Shown here: positions 17,655 through 20,000 of the stretch, one piece after another
Layout of the letters: each line of letters opens with the position of its first letter
How positions within the stretch are numbered: the first letter of the stretch is position 1
IMG/VR virus record: IMGVR_UViG_3300008262_006132
Coordinates: 117,058 to 137,057 of that record
Length of the DNA stretch: 20,000 bases
From: an uncultured virus (IMG/VR IMGVR_UViG_3300008262_006132)
Lineage: Duplodnaviria; Heunggongvirae; Uroviricota; Caudoviricetes
Strand: one strand, 5' to 3'
The notes under the pieces: generated by a model
The model's input: the letters and a program-made list of their open reading frames with translations, nothing else
Told to the model about the DNA's origin: nothing
Databases searched by the model: none
Program-made: the position numbers and the translations under genes

Positions 17655-18110
17655 TTAAATGAATCCCTTTTCTAATGAAAATTCAAACAAGGTTGGTAAG
17701 TTGAGATATTTTGAAAATAAGTCTCTAACCTGACCTGTTGTCTTTGATTTTTTCAATATTGCAATAATTTTTAAACCAAATTCTTCTTGAAAGTCTAAGC
17801 AGCAGTCAATCCAATTCACTTTATAGTTATTTGAGAATCTCCATTCTTTATCTCCGCCTGATAGCCAATAAAGACACTTTTCAGGTGATATATTATAGAG
17901 ATTTACATCTTTTAATTCAATTTCCCAAAATTTGCTATTTTTATTCTTACTTTTCATTAAAATTGCGATTGCTTCTGCTATGTCGTTTGTAACTAGATTT
18001 CCTATTTCGAAATAGTAATTGTCTCCTTCTTTGTCGACTTTTACTTGATTATCTGACCAATAGTCAAAGCTTCTCATAGTATCTACTTTTTTAAACTTTC
18101 TCATAAACAT
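17655..18110 (-). CDS. Hypothetical protein
   Basis: 151-aa ORF co-oriented with its neighbour and followed by a terminator. Confidence 0.75.
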   Translation of the reverse strand: MFMRKFKKVDTMRSFDYWSDNQVKVDKEGDNYYFEIGNLVTNDIAEAIAILMKSKNKNSKFWEIELKDVNLYNISPEKCLYWLSGGDKEWRFSNNYKVNWIDCCLDFQEEFGLKIIAILKKSKTTGQVRDLFSKYLNLPTLFEFSLEKGFI

Positions 18111-18124
18111 ACTTATTTTTTATA

Positions 18125-18412
18125 TCAACTTTGATTAATTCCCGAATTCCAATTTCCTTTAAAATTACCTCCTTCAAATATTCCGTTTTCCCAATTCCCG
18201 TAAAAATTACCATTTTTAAATACTCCGAATTTCCATTCTCCAGAATAAAAGTTCCCAGAATGCCAAATAATTGTGTTTTTCTTTATTTCGATTTTAGCGT
18301 CTTCAATTTCTGAGTCTACTAACCAGTAAAATTTTTGACTTATAAGTAAATCCTCTATTTTCGATTGACTTTTTATTGACTTGTTGTCAATCAACAATTC
18401 TGCGTATCTCAT
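18125..18412 (-). CDS. Small protein with 5-residue [WF]xxG repeats (beta-solenoid-like)
   Basis: WHSGN FYSGE WKFGV FKNGN FYGN WENGI FEGGN FKGN WNSG. Confidence 0.75.
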   Translation of the reverse strand: MRYAELLIDNKSIKSQSKIEDLLISQKFYWLVDSEIEDAKIEIKKNTIIWHSGNFYSGEWKFGVFKNGNFYGNWENGIFEGGNFKGNWNSGINQS

Positions 18413-18493
18413 AACTATGAGTTATATATTCATGTAATTTTACCACTTAATATTCTAATCTTATTTTTTTCAAAATTTAGATTATTAAAAATT

Positions 18494-18533
18494 AAAAAAG
18501 TCCAAAATCTTTATCTGGTAAAGATTTTGGACT
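18494..18533 (-). terminator. Long hairpin, probable terminator
   Basis: 15-bp perfect inverted repeat AGTCCAAAATCTTTA/TAAAGATTTTGGACT (18499-18513, 18519-18533) with a T-run on the minus strand, downstream of 18558..18944. Confidence 0.8.
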
Positions 18534-18557
18534 GTTAAGGATTCTTTAATTAATATT

Positions 18558-18944
18558 TTATTTCAATCCATCAAGAAATTTACGTTCATTAGTGGATAGT
18601 GATTCCATTCCAGATTTAGAAATTTTATCAAGAATTACATCAAGTCGGTCACGTTTTTGTTCACCATCCTGATAGTTAGTGTGTTTAGATTTGATCGTTA
18701 AGCTTGGTAGAGTTTTTAAGTTCGATATAAACTCATCATTGAAAATTATATCTTTTTTAACACTGTGGTGAACAAGACCAATGATCTTATGAGTTTCTGA
18801 ATCTATAAATACTTTAGTATAACCATCTTCTGAGAGTTTGAATAGATATTCTGCATCAATATTTATCAAATCATTATCGATACAGAGTTGATGATATTCT
18901 TCAAATTCTGAATATCGAGTAAGATGTATTGCTTGTACTTTCAT
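18558..18944 (-). CDS. Hypothetical protein with C-terminal DUF6576-like motif
   Basis: C-terminus LDVILDKISKSGMESLSTNERKFL matches the xDxILDKIxxSGxxSLxxxEKxFL motif. Confidence 0.75.
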   Translation of the reverse strand: MKVQAIHLTRYSEFEEYHQLCIDNDLINIDAEYLFKLSEDGYTKVFIDSETHKIIGLVHHSVKKDIIFNDEFISNLKTLPSLTIKSKHTNYQDGEQKRDRLDVILDKISKSGMESLSTNERKFLDGLK

Positions 18945-19094
18945 ATTCTATTATTATTTAGTAAATATAAGATAAAATTAATGATTTACAAAATTTTATT
19001 TAGAATTTTTCTCCTTGTTTACTTTAAATATAATATAAAACTTAAATTATCAAATCTGATTTTTTATATATACGAAAAACCCAAAGTCATTTTT

Positions 19095-20000
19095 ATGAGA
19101 AAAATACTCACTCGTGAATCATATTTAAGAGAACTAAATACTAACTTATATTCAAAATATACTGGAATAGAACCTATTAATGAGGAAGCTCCTTTTGCGA
19201 GTGATATTCCTTGGGGAGATTCACTTATCGGTAGATTGATAAATTCGATATCTCGTAAGTCAAGAATAGCTTTCAACAAAACAAGGATAAGTGGACTTGT
19301 AAGAGGGTTGAAATCCATTTTTGATGAAATCATGGAAATGGGTAAAATTGAAATTGTCGGTGACGCAACTGATTTAATTAATTTTATCCGAATCTCGGAT
19401 TTATTGAAATTACTAAGTGAGCAAGTTCGAGACGAGGAAGATGTTTCGGTTTTAATCGATACAACTAATCAATTAATTGATACTGTTAAGCGATATGAGT
19501 CTGAAAATAAAGATAAAATGTTGAATGCGTTAGAGGAGTTTTTAGAATATCTAAAGGGACTTAAATCCGGTAAAATTTCAGATGATTCAGATGATTCAGA
19601 TGATTCAGAAAAGGATTCTATTGAGGACCCAACTCAAATATTCTATAAAAATTCAAGAATTCTTCTACAGTCTATAGTGGATTTATCAAGACTTATAAAA
19701 CAAAATGTTGTTAGAATAAGTGGCGGTAGTGAAGAATATGAAAATAAGATAATTTCAAAAAGATCTACTCTTAAAGTTGGTAGTGAATATCTTTATATCA
19801 ATAGTAAGGGTGAGAAATTTAGATGTAAATTATTAAGCCTAGATAATAAGATAGAAAGAGCTGATGATAAGAAATGGCTCACAACGGATGATAAAAAAGG
19901 CACTAAACTCAATAAAGATCAGGCTTGTGTTGTATATAAGAAGAAACTAGATGATTATGGTGATAATTTCAAAAGCGAAGTTGTTGAAATCTTAAAACTT
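19095..20000 (+). CDS. Large hypothetical protein, 3'-truncated and absent from the supplied ORF track
   Basis: Manual translation from ATG 19095 (MRKILTRESYLRELNTN...PWGDSLIGRLINS...) shows no stop over 302 codons to the window end. ATATATA lies at 19066-19072. Confidence 0.9.
   Translation, partial: MRKILTRESYLRELNTNLYSKYTGIEPINEEAPFASDIPWGDSLIGRLINSISRKSRIAFNKTRISGLVRGLKSIFDEIMEMGKIEIVGDATDLINFIRISDLLKLLSEQVRDEEDVSVLIDTTNQLIDTVKRYESENKDKMLNALEEFLEYLKGLKSGKISDDSDDSDDSEKDSIEDPTQIFYKNSRILLQSIVDLSRLIKQNVVRISGGSEEYENKIISKRSTLKVGSEYLYINSKGEKFRCKLLSLDNKIERADDKKWLTTDDKKGTKLNKDQACVVYKKKLDDYGDNFKSEVVEILKL
19577..19609 (+). repeat. In-frame 9-bp microrepeat (TTCAGATGA x3.7) encoding SDDSDDSDDS
   Basis: Seen directly in the sequence. 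Confidence 0.9.

Noticed and set aside
25..19333. Short antisense or nested ORFs (25..207, 928..1140, 3721..3930, 5323..5583, 6794..6976, 6927..7112, 7100..7282, 9100..9312, 9666..9890, 10605..10793, 12575..12865, 12872..13198, 15880..16077, 18131..18313, 19064..19333)
   Set aside because: They overlap longer, better-supported genes and show no recognisable motifs, so they are most likely shadow ORFs.
1..20000. Alternative genetic code (TAG/TGA recoding as in some large phages)
   Set aside because: The standard code already gives long, densely packed ORFs, and TAG and TGA both end genes at sensible boundaries (7611, 12472, 5785).
1..20000. Eukaryotic giant virus (NCLDV) or cellular origin
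   Set aside because: The gp17-type terminase, bacterial ClpS, intrinsic terminators and lack of housekeeping operons point to a tailed bacteriophage.

Overview
AT-rich, densely coding window with mixed gene orientation and standard genetic code. It most likely comes from a large T4-like (jumbo) tailed phage, probably infecting a Bacteroidetes host (Bacteroidetes-style ClpS, a DUF6576-like tail, a signal peptide followed by Gln, and mostly no Shine-Dalgarno sites). The main feature is a large terminase (T4 gp17-like) encoded by two genes in different frames. The break falls inside the Walker A motif (SRQIGK|T) and is bridged by an atypically split intein: a 54-aa IntN ends the first gene and a 149-aa IntC ending in HN-Thr starts the second. 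Both halves carry extra, mutually similar amphipathic helices. A probable gp16-like small terminase is divergently transcribed from a palindromic TATATA-type site. The window also holds the 3' part of a >1900-aa tape-measure-like repeat protein ending in a Peptidase S74-type chaperone domain, a putative amidoligase, two HAD-like proteins, a possible spanin-like pair, a Trp-repeat protein, several proteins with capsid-targeting-like N-termini, a recurring ATATATA upstream motif, three terminator hairpins and an exact 62-bp tandem duplication. Family assignments come from motif recognition by eye; no database searches were run.
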